Below, in pieces: positions 34,787 through 47,209 of a DNA stretch of 64,000 nucleotides. The DNA lies in assembly GCA_030390025.1 (NCBI GenBank), contig CM059432.1, forward strand, positions 8,246,001 to 8,310,000, written 5' to 3'. This stretch comes from Squalus acanthias. Lineage: Eukaryota. The position numbers and the translations under genes were made by a program. Every line of letters starts with the position of its first letter. Position 1 is the first letter of the stretch. The notes under the pieces are model-generated. The model had not been told where the DNA came from, did no database searches, and was given only the letters and a program-made list of their open reading frames with translations.

Positions 34787-36842
34787 ATGATGTGGAGATG
34801 CCGGCGTTGGACTGGGGTGGACAAAAATGAGAAGTCGCACAACACCAGGTTATAGTCCAGCAGATTTATTTAAAATTACAAGCTTTCGGAGCTGTCGCCC
34901 CTTCCTCAGGTAGAGTTACTGTGAGACAATCTACCAGAATTCACAGAATATAAACACAGAGAAAATGCATTCAATCTTTCCCTACATCAAAGACACACTA
35001 AGAGCACAGCCAAGACAATGAGATGTGTCCCAGGGGGTCCAACGCGTCAAAACACCTGCTGGCTGCATATCCTCTCCATTTGGGTTTGTTTCTTGTGTTT
35101 GTTTCTTGTGTTTGTTTTTTTTAAAAGCTGGAAAGACCGGCAACGATGTCAAGTTACGTTCTGTATCATGACATGAACCTGATATCCCGATTGAGGCCAT
35201 CCTCATGAGTGCGGAACTTGGCTATCAGTTTCTGCTCGATGAATTTTGCGTTGTCGTGTATCCCGAAGGCCGCCTTGGAGAATGCTAACCCACAGATCCG
35301 AGGCTGAATGCCCTTGACTGCTGAAGTGTTCCCCGACTGGGAGGCAACCCTCCTGCCTGGCGATTGTTGCGCGGTGTCCGTTCATACGTTGTCTCAGTGT
35401 CTGCATGGTCTCGCCGATGTACCATGCTCTGGGGCATCCTTTACTGCAATGTATCAGGTAGACAATGTTGGCCGAGTCACATGACTATGTACCATGTACC
35501 TGGTGGGTAGTGTCCTCACGTGTGATGACGGTATCTGTGTCCATGATCTGGCATGTCTTGCAGAGGTTGCCGTGGCAGGGTTGTGTGGTGTCGTGGTCGC
35601 TGTTCTCCTGAAAGCTGGGTAATTTGCTGCGAACGATGGTACTTTTGAGGTTTGGCGGCTGCTTGAAGGCGAGTAGTGGAGGCGTGGGGATGGCCTTAGC
35701 AAGGTGTTCGTCGTCATCGATGACATGTTGAAGGCTGCGAAGAACATGGCGTAGTTTCTCCGCTCTGGGGAAGTACTGGACGACGTAGGGTACTCTGTTG
35801 GTTGTGTCCCGTGTTCGTCTTCTGAGGAGGTCTATGCGGTTTTTCGCTGTGGCCCGTCGGAACTGTCGATCGACGAGTCGAGCGTCATATCCCGTTCTTA
35901 CGAGGGCGTCTTTCAGTGTCCGTAGGTGTCCATCGCGTTCCTCCTCGTCTGAGCAGATCCTGTGTATTCGCAGGGCTTGTCCATAGGGGATGGCTTCTTT
36001 AACGTGGTTAGGGTGGAAGCTGGAGAAGTGGAGCATCGTGAGGTTGTCCGTGGGCTTGCGGTAGAGTGAAGTGCTGAGGCGTCCGTCTTTGATGGAGATT
36101 CGTGTGTCCAAGAATGAAACCGATTCTGAGGAGTAGTCCATGGTGAGTTTGATGGTGGGATGGAACCTGTTGATGCTATCGTGTAGTCCTTTCAGTGATC
36201 CTTCGCCGTGGGTCCAAAGGAAGAAGATGTCGTCGATGTATCTGGTGTACAGCGTTGGTTGGAGGTCCTGTGCAGCGAAGAAGTCTTGCTCGAACTTGTG
36301 CATGAAGATGTTGGCGTATTGGGGTGCGAATTTGGTCCCCATGGCTGTTCCATGTGTTTGCGTAAAAAACTGGTTGTCGAAGGTGAAGACATTGTGGTCA
36401 AGGATGAAGCGGATGAGTTGTAGGATGGCGTCTGGAGATTGGCTGTTGTTGGTGTTGAGTACTGAGGCTGTCGCAGCGATGCCGTCATTGTGGGGGATAT
36501 TGTTGTAGAGTGCCGATACGTCCATCGTGGCGAGGAGTGTTCCTGGTTCAACTGGTCCATGGGTGCTGAGTTTCTGCAAGAAGTCTGTAGTGTCGCGACA
36601 GAAGCTGGGGGTTCCCTGTACGATGGGTTTCAGGATGCCCTCGACGTACCCAGAGAGGTTCTCACACAGGGTTCCGTTGCCTGATACGATAGGACATCCG
36701 GGTGTGTTGGCTTTGTGTATCTTTGGGAGGCAGTAAAAGTCTCCTACGCGGGGAGTACGTGGGATGAGAGCGCGTAGGATGTTTTGAAGGTCTGGATCGA
36801 AGGTCTTGATCAGTCTATTGAGTTGGCGGGTGTGTTCTTTGG
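34787..36842 (-). mobile_element. 5'-truncated Penelope-like retroelement (RT + GIY-YIG), family 1
   Basis: LPKIHK, DVSALY, GTAMG, YIDD, FLD, YRKPT; Cys motif CHGNLCKTC; NIVYLIHC..WYIGET..RQRMNGH after a TAG; TSD ATATACTC (34779-34786, 36843-36850). Confidence 0.95.
34877..34912 (-). ncRNA. Minimal hammerhead ribozyme motif in the PLE 3' repeat
   Basis: UAC-CUGAGGA-A-GGGGC(GACA)GCUCC-GAAA-GC-U-U-GUA, followed by AATAAA. Confidence 0.72.
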
Positions 36843-38503
36843 ATATACTCAACGACTGAGCCTCCACAGCCCTCTGGGGTAGAGAATTCCAAAGATTCAC
36901 CACCCTCTGAGTGAAGAAATTTCTCCTCATCTCAGTCCTAAATGGCTGACCCCTTATTCTGAGACTGTGACCCCTGGTTCTAGACTCCCCAGACAGGGGA
37001 AACATCCTCCCTGCATCTAGCCTGTCAAGCCCTGTAAGAATGTTTTATATTTCAATGAGATCACCTCTCATTCTTCTGAACTCTAGAGAATATAGGCCTA
37101 GTCTACTCAATCTCTCCTCATAGGACAATCCCCCCATGTGAGGAATCAGTCTGGTGAACCTTCGTTGCACTCCCTCTGTGGCAAGTATATCCTTCCTTAG
37201 CTAAGGAGACCAAAACTGTACACAATACTCCAGGTGTGGTCTCACCAGGGCCCTACATAATTGCAGTAAGACGTCTTTACTCTTATACTCAAATCCTCTT
37301 GTAATAAAGGCCAACATACCATTTGCTTTCCTAATTGCTTGCTGTACCTGCATGTTAACTTTCAGTGATTCATGTACAAGGACACCCAGGTCGCTCTGAA
37401 CACCAACATTTCCCAATCTCTCACCGTTTAAAAAATACTCTGCTTTTCTATTATTCCTACCAAAGTGGATAACTTCACATTTCTCCACATTATATTCCAT
37501 TTGCCATGTTCTTGCCCACTCACTTAGCCTGTCTATATCCCCCTGAAGCCTCCTTGCATCCTCCTCACAACTTACATTCCCACCCAGCTTTGGATCATCA
37601 GCAAATTGCTTTGCTGACCTGCGATGCTGCTTTTAATGATTTCTTCACCTGTATCCCTAAATCCCTTTGCTCTTCTACCCCATTCAGTTTCTTATTTTCT
37701 AAAGTGTGGGGGATGTTTCTCTTTTTCCTACCAAAGTGGATCACCTCACATTTATCTATGTTGAAGTTCATTTGCCACTTAACTGCCCGGTCTGCAAGTT
37801 TTCTAATGTCTTCTTGTATTTTGTTACATTCTTCCTCAGTGTTAGCTATACCCCCTAGTTTGGTATCATCTTCAAATTTTGATATTGAGTTCCTTGTTCT
37901 CAAGTCCAAATCACTAATGTAAATTATGGATAACAGTGGTCCCAGCACTGATCCTTTTGGAACTCCACTTTCCACCATCCTCCAATCTGAATAACTACCC
38001 TTTACCCCTACTCTCTGCTTTCTATTTTTTAAGACAAATTGCTGTCTATTCGGCTATTTGTCCCCTGACTCCACATGCCCTAACCTTTGTCACGAGCCGA
38101 CCGTATGGTGCCTTATCGAATATCCAAGTACATGACATCTACTACATTACCCTTGTCCACTCTTTCTGTTACCTTCTTCAAAGAATCCTATCAGGTTAGT
38201 TAAGCATGACTTAGCCTTACGGAATCCATGCTGACTATTTTTTAGCATATTTTCTGTCTCTAGATGCTCTTCTATCACTTCTTTTAGTATAGGTTCCAGC
38301 ATCTTTCCTATCACTGATGTTAAGCTGACTGATTAATATGTTTGGGGGGGTGGGGGGGGGGGGGGGTAGAAAGGAGGCAAGACTACAGGCATGTGCAACT
38401 CACCTTTAATTAGTGAAATTATTCAGATGAAGTCTCACATGGAATTTTATGACTCTGGGGGTGGATCCACCTCCCAGCAAGCACTTCACCATAAAAAGAC
38501 ATG

Positions 38504-39272
38504 TGGCCAACATTTGCGATCGGAGGTTACCCGCGGGCGGACGCCTCTGACCAGCAAAATATCAACGAATGTACCTGGTAGCCCGGAAGGAATGGTGGCT
38601 CGCGATCCTGGGCCTCTCCGGGTCCGCGCGGGCAGAGGTCCCCGTATCCCTGGGGCGCAAGCGGTTCGTAAGCACCCCTGGGATCAGGTGGGCCGACCCA
38701 ACCAATAAAAGAAGGGAATCCCCATTCATACTTTGGACAGTTCTGAACGTACGGAACTCCCATAAGTATGAATGGGGATCACTTAAAAAATACACCAACA
38801 CATGAAAAAAAAAATTTAATTACCTATTTAAAATTAATTAAAATGTCATTTAATTAAATATTTGAAACAAAAATTTAATTTTTGGAAAAAAAAATTAAAT
38901 GTTTTTACGGGGCCAAAAATAAAGTTACCTTTTTGAAGAGTATTTTTAATTTATAAATGAGTCATAAATAAAATTTTATTTTTCTATTTTTTTAAACTCT
39001 TATGCTTGTAAAAGCTGGCCTTACGCCTGCTTTTACCGGGCCTAAGAATTTCACAGGCATTCAGCAGTCGGAAGTTGGGCAAATAGCGCAAATCTCCACC
39101 CGCAGAGGCCCTTCTCCCGGGGATGCGGAGGATCTGTCAAGAGGTTTCTTGACAGATTGCAAGTGCTGAGTTTCAGTGCATGCGCTTCACGTGCCTAAAC
39201 CCGGAACTTGCGCGGCCCCTACGGGCGCGTACGCACCTTGTACGCACCCACGAGGGTCGCAAAATACGGCCC
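38504..39272. mobile_element. Putative Harbinger-like MITE
   Basis: Imperfect TIR GGCCAACATTTGCGA / TCGCAAAATACGGCC; GC-rich ends, AT-rich centre. Confidence 0.5.
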
Positions 39273-39510
39273 ATACTTTTTTGCTCAAGAGGCCTGGTTA
39301 GTTTCGGGTTACTTTTCAGAGCAAGGCTGCTGAGGTCCTCCTACCTCCCCGCTGTCGAGGGCCCCGAACACTCCTTCCAGGTGAAACAGCGATTTACTTG
39401 CACTTCTTTCAATTTAGTATACTATATTCGCTGCTCACGATGCGGTCTCCTCTACACTGGGGAGACCAAATGCAGATTGGGTGACTGCTTTGCTGAACAC
39501 CTCCATTCAG

Positions 39511-40388
39511 TTGGAGTGGGAACGGTGGCATAGTGGTTATGTTACCGGAACAGTACTCCACAGGCCTGGACTAATGAGCAGGAGACGCAAGTTCACAATC
39601 CCACGACGGCAGCTGGGGAATTTAACATAGAAACATAGAAACATAGAAACTAGGAGCAGGAGTAGGCCATTCGGCCCATCGAGCCTGCTCCACCATTCAA
39701 TACGATCATGGCTGATCATCCAAATCCAGTACCCTGTCCCTACTTTCCCCCACAGAATCCCCATCGAGCCTGCACCGACACATATCCCACCCTATCCCCG
39801 TAACCCCACGTATTTAATTCCCCCTAACATATCCCATCCTATCCCCGTAACCCCACATATTTAATCCCCCCCTAACACTAAGGGTCAATTTATCATAGCC
39901 AAATCAACCTAACCCGCACATTTTTGGACTGTGGGAGGAAACCGGAGCACCCGGAGAAAACCCACGCAGACACGGGGAGAATGTGCAAACTCCACACAGA
40001 CAGTCACCCAAGGCCGGATTCGAACCCGGGTTCCTGGCGCTGTGAGGCACCAGTGCTAACCACTATGCTACCGTGCCGCTGTTCAGTTAGTTAAATAAAT
40101 CTGGAATTAAAAAGTTAGTATCAGTAATGGTGACGATGAAAATACCAGATTGTCGTACAAACCCATCTGGTTCACTAATGTCCTTTAGGGAAGGAAATCT
40201 GCCGCCCTTACCCGGTCTGGCCGATATGTGACTCCAGACCCACAGTAATGTGGTTGACACTTAACTGTCCTCTGAAATGGCCTAGCAAGCCACTCAGTTG
40301 TCAAGGAGGTGGCTGACCACCACCTTCTCCAGGGCAATAAATGCTGGCCTTGCCAGCAACGCCCACATCCTGCGAATTAATTTAAAAA
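39511..40388 (+). mobile_element. tRNA-headed SINE sharing its tail with the second LINE family
   Basis: Head GTGGCATAGTGG; body matches 42046-42535; tail GGGCAATAAATGCTGGCCTTGCCAGC..GCCCACATCC. Confidence 0.8.
39624..40080 (-). mobile_element. HE1-like V-SINE
   Basis: A box TAGCATAGTGG, B box GGTTCGAATCC, V domain GTGGAGTTTGCACATTCTCCCCGTGTCTGCGTGGGTT, CR1-type tail (TTCTATGT)n. Confidence 0.9.
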
Positions 40389-40796
40389 AATGTTAGCAAG
40401 CGTGACCTAGAGCTTCCGGTCACTTGCCATTTTAATTCTCCATCCCACTTCCACTCTGACCTCTCTGCCCTCGGCCTCCTACACTGTTTCAATGAAGCTC
40501 AACATAAGCTCGAGGAACAGCACCTCATAGAGTCATAGGGGTAAAAATTGGGTTGCTTTGCGCCTCCTGTTAGTGCCCTAACTCTCTCAATACGTCCTGC
40601 CACCTTTTGATTCGGCACTTCACAACCTTCCGGACTCAACATTGAGTTCAAAAATTTCAGATCATAACCACCGCTCCCATTTTCTCAGACAGCAGGTGCT
40701 GGTAATGGTTGTGCTGTTGCCATTTACACCTCCCCTAGACCCATCTTTTGTTTCTTTACTTGTCCCATTACCATCCCCATTTGCCTTGCACCTTTT

Positions 40797-41576
40797 GGGC
40801 TGGATTTTGAATGACCCATGGAGTCGGGTTTGGAGGCGTGTGGGGGGTTAAATTTGTGGGGTCGGGGTTTCCGACCCCATCCCGACCCCATCCCGCCTCC
40901 ACGCAATTTTGACAGAATCAGTCACGGGGTTCCGGACTCCGTCCCGCCTTCAAGAGGTGGGAGAGGCCATTAAAACCCTTAACAAGCTTTAAATTGGCTC
41001 TGTAATGCCATTTTGAAACGCTGTAGCTAGTTTAACCCTCTTCTGACGTGAAGCACGCCTGGTGTGAAACACTCCAGTGAAACCTGGCGGGAGCACAAGT
41101 GGATAGCTGACTATCAGCTGCAGGTCCAGTATTACAACGGAGATGTGATGAAGGTAGTAGTAGTATTAGGTCTGAACGTCGCCTCTGATGCTGCTGCATT
41201 GAATGTCTTCAGAGACTGCCGGGGAGGACTTGCTTTGCAAAAAAATTCATTCTCTCTGTCTCTCTCTCTCTCTCTGTCTCTCTCTCTCTCTCTCACCACC
41301 ACCACCCCATTTTTGCATCCAGGTCCACTCACATCAAAAGCCAGGCAGGTCCTCTCTCACCAACACTCTGAGACTAGGCAGTCAGCAATGATGACATCAT
41401 CAGAGGCGATTTTCAGACTGAAAACACTAATTAGTTCATGGGTTCCCACATGCTCCAACTCAATTGCCCAATTAAGTGAAAATTGCATCAGCCATCCACA
41501 TTAATCTGGAGTCGGGGGGGAAACACGAAATGCGGATTACACGACCCCAACCCGACCCCAAGACAAAATCCAGCCC
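40797..41576. mobile_element. PIF/Harbinger-like MITE
   Basis: Perfect 13-bp TIR GGGCTGGATTTTG / CAAAATCCAGCCC, 3-bp TSD TTT, interrupts the PLE 3' UTR. Confidence 0.85.
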
Positions 41577-42045
41577 TTTGTCTCTTTATCTCTCCTGCCT
41601 TCCATCCTATCACAGACCTTCTCTTTTGTTCTTTCCGCCCCTCCCTCTTTTTTCCTAGCTCTGTACTTGCTTATGAGCTGTTAAATCTCTAGCTTCTTTC
41701 ATGTTCTGATGAAAGGTCGTCGAACTGAAACATTGACTCTGTTTCTCTCTCCACAGATGCTGCCTGACCAGCTGAGTATTTCCAGCATTTTCTGTTTTTA
41801 TTTCAGATTTCCAGCATCTGCAAGATTTTGCTTTTCTTTTTAAGCAGCGTCTATTTAAACAGAGTCTCCATGAACTACAGCAAACAGGACTCATGACCCA
41901 AACTACAGCAACTCCTCCCGATTAAAAGCAGGATTATTTCTCCAGCAAAATTCAGTGAGTGGAGGATAGTTACATAATACAAATTATGCGTGTAAAATCA
42001 ATCCCAGTTACTTACAGCAGTGTGGTCTCAAGGCATGATTGACAG

Positions 42046-43378
42046 GGTAAGGTGCTGTAGTGGTTATGTTAATGGACAAGTAATCCAAAGGCTTGGACTA
42101 ATGATCCAGAGAAGTGAGTTCAAATCCCACCACGGCAGCTGGGGCATTTCAATTCAATTAATTAAATAAATCTGGAATTAAAAAGCTAGTATCCATAATG
42201 GTGACTATGAAACTACTAGATTGTCTTAAAAACCCATCTGGTTCAGTAGAGGCCCTTTAGGGAAGGAAATCTGTTGTCCTTATATGTGACTCCAGACCCA
42301 CAGCAATGTGGTTGACTCTTAACTGCTCTCTGATAATTCCCTGGTCAGTCACTCAGTTGTACCAAACCACTACAAAGAAGTATACTGAGAATAAAACCAG
42401 ACGGACCACCCAGCATTACCTTCACTGCAGCGGTTCAAGGTGGCTCACCACCATCTTCTCGAGGGCAATTAGGGATGGGCAATAAATGCTGGCCTTGCCA
42501 GTGACCCCCACGTCCCGTGAACAAATTAAAAAAAACTTCTGGCTGAGATTTGTGGTGTCACTAAATGCAGCCTTATGTATTACAGGGAATGAAGGAAAAT
42601 CAATGGATATATTGAAAGTACAGGTAATTAGATAACTAGCTGGACATGTAAGGAAGCAAATTTGAGAGATATACCATGGTCCATGTCAATTGTAGAAAGG
42701 GGGACAGGGAGAGAACAGGACCCCCCCTGGGTTTAGGGGTGAGATTCAGAGAAAAGGTTGAACAGAAAATGTCAAAGGGACTCATTAGTATCAGCTGTGG
42801 CTCAGTGGGCAGCACTCTCGTCTCTAAGTTAGAAGGTTGTGGGTTCAAGTCCCACTCAATGAGACTTTGAGCATAAAATTCTAGGCTGACACTCCAGTGC
42901 AGTACTGAGGGAGTGCTGCACTGTCGGAGGTGCCGTCTTTCAGATGAGATGTTAGACCCAGGCTTTGGACGAATGAGCCAGAGAGGTGAGTTCAAATCCC
43001 ACCATGGCAGCTGGGGAATTTAAATTCAATTAATTAAATAAATCTGGAATTAAAAAGCTGGTATCCATAATGGTGACTATGAAACTACTGGATTGTCTTA
43101 AAAACCCATCTGGTTCAGTAATGGCCTTTAAGACCCCGTGGCACTATATCAAAGAAGAGCAGGGGAGTTCTCCCCGGTGTCCTGGGCCAATATTTATCCC
43201 TCAATCAACATCACAAAAAAAATTATCTGGTCATTATCACATTGCTGTTTGTGGGACCTTGCTGTGTGAAAATTCCTACATTACAACAGTGACTACACTT
43301 CAAAAAGTACTTCATTGGTTGTAAAGGCGCTTTGGGACTTCCTGAGGTTGTGAAAGGTGCTACAGAAATGCAAGTCTC
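42046..43378 (+). mobile_element. SINE cluster: tail-sharing SINE (42046-42535, 42960-43130) and Deu SINE (42790-42960, 43135-43378)
   Basis: Matches to other copies in the window. Confidence 0.8.
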
Positions 43379-44868
43379 CAAAGATGCTGCCTGACCTGCT
43401 GAGTGTTTCCAGCAGTTTTTGTTTTTACATTATATAATATTTATCATTCTTGGTCTGGAGAAGATCACGGGAACAACCTTGTATAAAAGTTACCCATTGC
43501 AATCAGTCAATTTCTTGGAGTTTTTATGCATCTCAGATCTTTATTAAAATGTGAAGATGACTGGAAAAAATGCTAAACCTCCATCTGCTTGCCCGAAGCA
43601 AAAGACCTCCTTTAGCTACACTTCAACTCTGCATCAATCCATCGAGCTCACACTCAATAACAGTGTTGAACATTCACACTCTGCCTGTGCAGTTCGCTCA
43701 GCAACAACAACTTGCATTTATATAGTGCCTTTAACATAGTAAAACGTCCCAAGACTCTTCGAAGGGGCGTTTATCAGACAACATTTGACATCACATTTAA
43801 CATAAGGAGATATCAGGACAGGTGACCAAAGGCTGGGTCAAAGAGGTAGGTTGTAAGGAGCACTTTATGGTGGAGAGAGAGGTAGAGAGGCCGAGAGGTT
43901 TAGGGAGGGAATTGCAGAGCATATGTCCAAGGTGGCTGAAGACACGGCCGCCAATGGTGGGGCGATGGAAATCGGGAATGCGCAAGAAGCCAGAATTGGA
44001 GGAACGCAGTGTTCTCGGATGTTGGTAGGGGCTGGAGGAGGTGACAGAGATAGGGAGGGGTGAGGCCACGGAGCGATTTGAACACAAGAATGGGAATTTT
44101 AGAATCGAGGCATTGCCAGATCGGGAGCCAATGTAGGTCAGCGAGCACAGGGGTGATGGGTGAACGGGAGGAGGGGGAGCGGGGAGGGAGGGAGGGAGGG
44201 AAGGGGATAAACCTAAGAGGCAATTCTGGGATTTGAAGTGGGGGAAGATGGGGATAGACGAATGCTTAAAGAAAAGGAATATTGCCCTCAACCTTCAATG
44301 GTTGAATCCCTTGCTCCATTGTAAACAAGCTAGCAAGTATGTGAGATATCACATGATATATCTTTAACAAATAAGTATGCAGAGCTTTCCCAATACCAAT
44401 AGACCGTGACAGAGCGCATATTAATATCCCTAAACACGTTCCATCACTCTAACACACTTTATCTAATTCCTTACTAGCATTCAATCGATCAACAGGCTGG
44501 GCACAAGGATACAGCACAATCTAAACATATCTCTGGATAATAATGAATCAATTGTAATATATTGCACAGCTCAAAATCATAATTTGCTGCTTGCATACCG
44601 AAGGTATCATGGTCAAGGTGTTAGTTTGAAAATTGTGCAGGCACAGGGCTTAATCCTCATGGGTGCTTGATATTTCGTGGGTAGCCTTCTGAATACACAA
44701 TGGCAGCCTCACCGACTGCCAGCGCCTAGCAGAAAATGACGAGCAGTGTGCATGGGATTTTCGACGTTCACTGGCAGAAGATGTCTTTCCCTGCTGCCAA
44801 TGTGTACAGGAACATTAGGAACAGGAAGAGGCCTTTCAGCCCCTCGAGCCTGCTCCACCATTCAATTA

Positions 44869-45333
44869 GTGTCAGCTGTGGCTCAGTTGGTAGCACACTC
44901 GCCTCTGAATCAGAAGGTTGTGGGTTCAAGTCCCACTCCAGGGACTTTGAGCACATAAATCTAGGCTGCCAGTGCAGTGCTGAGGGAGTGCTGCACTGTC
45001 GGAGGTGCCGTCTTTCCGATGAGCCGTTAAACCGAGGCCCCGTCTGCTCTCTCAAGGTGAACGTAAAAGGTCCCATGGCACAATTTCGAAAAAGAGCAGG
45101 GGAGTTATCCCTGGTGTCCTGGCCAATATGTATCTCTCAACCAACATAACAAAAACAGATTATCTGGTCTTTATCACATTACTGTTTGTGGGAGCTTGCT
45201 GTGAGCATATTGGCTGCCGTGTTTCCTACGTTACAACAGTGACTACACTTCAAAAAGTACTTCATTGGCTGTAAAGCGCTTTGAGACGTCCGGTGGTCGT
45301 GAAAGGCGCTGTATAAATGCAAGTCTTTCTTTT
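44869..45333 (+). mobile_element. Full-length Deu-domain SINE inserted in a CR1 tail
   Basis: Head, Deu core, tail; CR1 CATTCAATTAG|ATCATGGCTG is split around it. Confidence 0.9.
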
Positions 45334-45381
45334 TAGATCATGGCTGATCTGTATCTCAACTCCATCTACCCGCCTTAATAC

Positions 45382-45541
45382 TGATGTCCCCTGTCTGCTG
45401 TGCTTTGTTCTGCGTGGCCTGTTTCTTTTAATGCCGGTCCCTTTCAATTTCTGCGCAGGTGTGGTATTTACATTGTAAAAGCTGGTGAGCGGCCTGCCGG
45501 GACCTTGGAGATTGCTGCGCACCTTAGGGGGGGGGTCATTG
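45382..45541. mobile_element. 160-bp hAT-type MITE
   Basis: 8-bp TSD CTTAATAC (45374-45381, 45542-45549); degenerate TIRs; related left end CAATGTTCCCT at 53337. Confidence 0.7.
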
Positions 45542-46207
45542 CTTAATACCGTTGCCGAACAAAAATCTATCAATCTCAGTTTTTAAATCTTCAATTGTCC
45601 CCCAGTGTCAGCAGCTTTTATGGGGCAGAGAGTTCCAGATCTCCACTACTCTTTAACTGAAGAAGTGCTTCCTAACATCACCCCTGAATGACACAGCTTT
45701 CATTTTAAAGTTATGCCCCATTGTTCTAGAGTCTCCCAACCAGAGGAAATAGTTTCTCTCTATCGACCTCCCTCAGAACTGTGCTGATGTCAGCCTAGGT
45801 ATAGCGTGGTGTTCCCCAGGGGTCGGTACTAGGACCACTGCGTTTCTTGATAAATATTAATGACTTGGACTTGGGTGTACAGGGCACAATTTCAAAATTT
45901 GCAGATGACACAAAACTTAGAAGTATAGTTAACAGTGAGGAGGATAGTGATAGACTTCAAGAGGACATAGACAGGCTGGTGGAATGGGCAGGCACGTGGC
46001 AGATGAAATTTAACGCAGAAAAGTGCAAAGTGATACATTTTTGGTAGGAAGAACGAGGAGAGGCAATGTAAACTAAAGGGTACAGTTCTAAAGTGGGTGC
46101 ATGAACAGAGAGACCTGGGGGTATATGTGCACAAATCGTTGAAGGTGGCAGGGCAGTTTGAGAAAGTGGTTATAAAAGCATACGGGATCCTGGGCTTCAT
46201 AAATAGA

Positions 46208-46334
46208 ATTGAGAGGTCGCACAACACCAGGTTATAGTCCAACAGTTTTATTTGAAATCACAAGCTTTCGGAGCTATCGATTTGCTCCTTCCTCAGGTGA
46301 AGTCACAGTCCAACACCGGCATCTCCGCATCATG
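46208..46334. mobile_element. 127-bp PLE family-1 mini-element with hammerhead (46258-46300, minus)
   Basis: 12-bp TSD TTCATAAATAGA (46196-46207, 46335-46346); UCAC-CUGAGGA-A-GGAGC(9 nt)GCUCC-GAAA-GC-U-U-GUGA; tail in opposite orientation. Confidence 0.88.
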
Positions 46335-46352
46335 TTCATAAATAGAGTCATA

Positions 46353-47209
46353 GGGTTGGATTTTACTCACCGAGACGCGTTGGGGGCGGGACTGCTGCCT
46401 TCTGGGCTCTAGTCCCGCCCCCAGCGACGTCTGACGAACAGACGCTATTTTCCCCTGATTGGCCTTGTTAAGCCCGCCCTGCGGGCTTGCCGGCCAATTA
46501 AGGGAAAGCCGGTGTCAGATGACGTCAGTTGATGATGCTTCATCTGCCGGTTTTCTTAAAGGCATATGCACCACACTTGTTTGACAGATGATTTGTCAGT
46601 GTTTGACAGCATTGAGGTGCTGTCAAACACTGACAATCACTGTCCGAAGGTGAGCCCTTGTACCTAGGCTCTCCAATTACTCTCTCCTTAAGATAACACA
46701 GATGGCAGCTGCAGCTGAGATTGCAGAAGCCATCTGTCACTTCTCCCGAGGAGATGAGGCTACACAAACACTTCACAGCTTGTCACCTGCAGAAACATCT
46801 AACCACATTAAAAATTACTTTCACAACATGTCCTTACCTCTGAAACTAACCATTGTCCCATTGCATACTTCACACCACTTCTGCAGCTGTCATCCAAACA
46901 CCAACATAACAACAGACCCACAGCACCCCTCACTTACCCTGGCGGGGTTCCCCGATGTCGGGAGGCCTGCAGCAGCAGTCGAAAAATTGGAAAAGCCTCT
47001 TAACTGCCTGTTAACTACCTGTTAACAGGCAGTTAAGTGGCTATAATCCTCTTCCCGCCGCTAGGAGTCTGGTCCCTGCGCAAATCGGAGACCCGACTCC
47101 CGGGAAGATTGGTTGGAGGCGGGTTGGGGGTGGGTTTGGGACTCGCTCCCATTTTGGGGGATTTTCCCAGCAGTCCCGCCTCCAAACCCGCTTCCTCAGG
47201 GCTGGTAAA
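46353..47209. mobile_element. PIF/Harbinger-like non-autonomous element
   Basis: Left end GGGTTGGATTTTAC, clipped right end GTAAA; internal similarity to 9740-9960 and 181-400. Confidence 0.7.

Larger units (their letters stand above)
34603..38335 (-). mobile_element. CR1 fragments (34603-34786 joined to 36843-37600; older copy 37600-38335) hosting the PLE insertion
   Basis: CR1 reads through across the insertion: GTCTTGAATATACTC|AACGACTGAG. Confidence 0.88.
39340..41835 (+). mobile_element. PLE family 2 3' portion, fragmented by nested insertions
   Basis: FTCTSFNLVYYIRCSRCGLLYTGETKCRL..EH (GIY-YIG) at 39340-39510, resuming 40395-40796 and 41577-41835; hammerhead-like motif at 41703-41737. 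Confidence 0.85.

Noticed and set aside
35485..37005. 506-aa ORF as a novel CR1-Penelope fusion protein
   Set aside because: The first ~54 aa are CR1 sequence joined in frame by chance at the TSD of a 5'-truncated PLE; the downstream nuclease has a stop
40005..40080. tRNA genes (also 21470-21540, 44870-44940)
   Set aside because: A/B boxes run straight into SINE bodies; no complete cloverleaf
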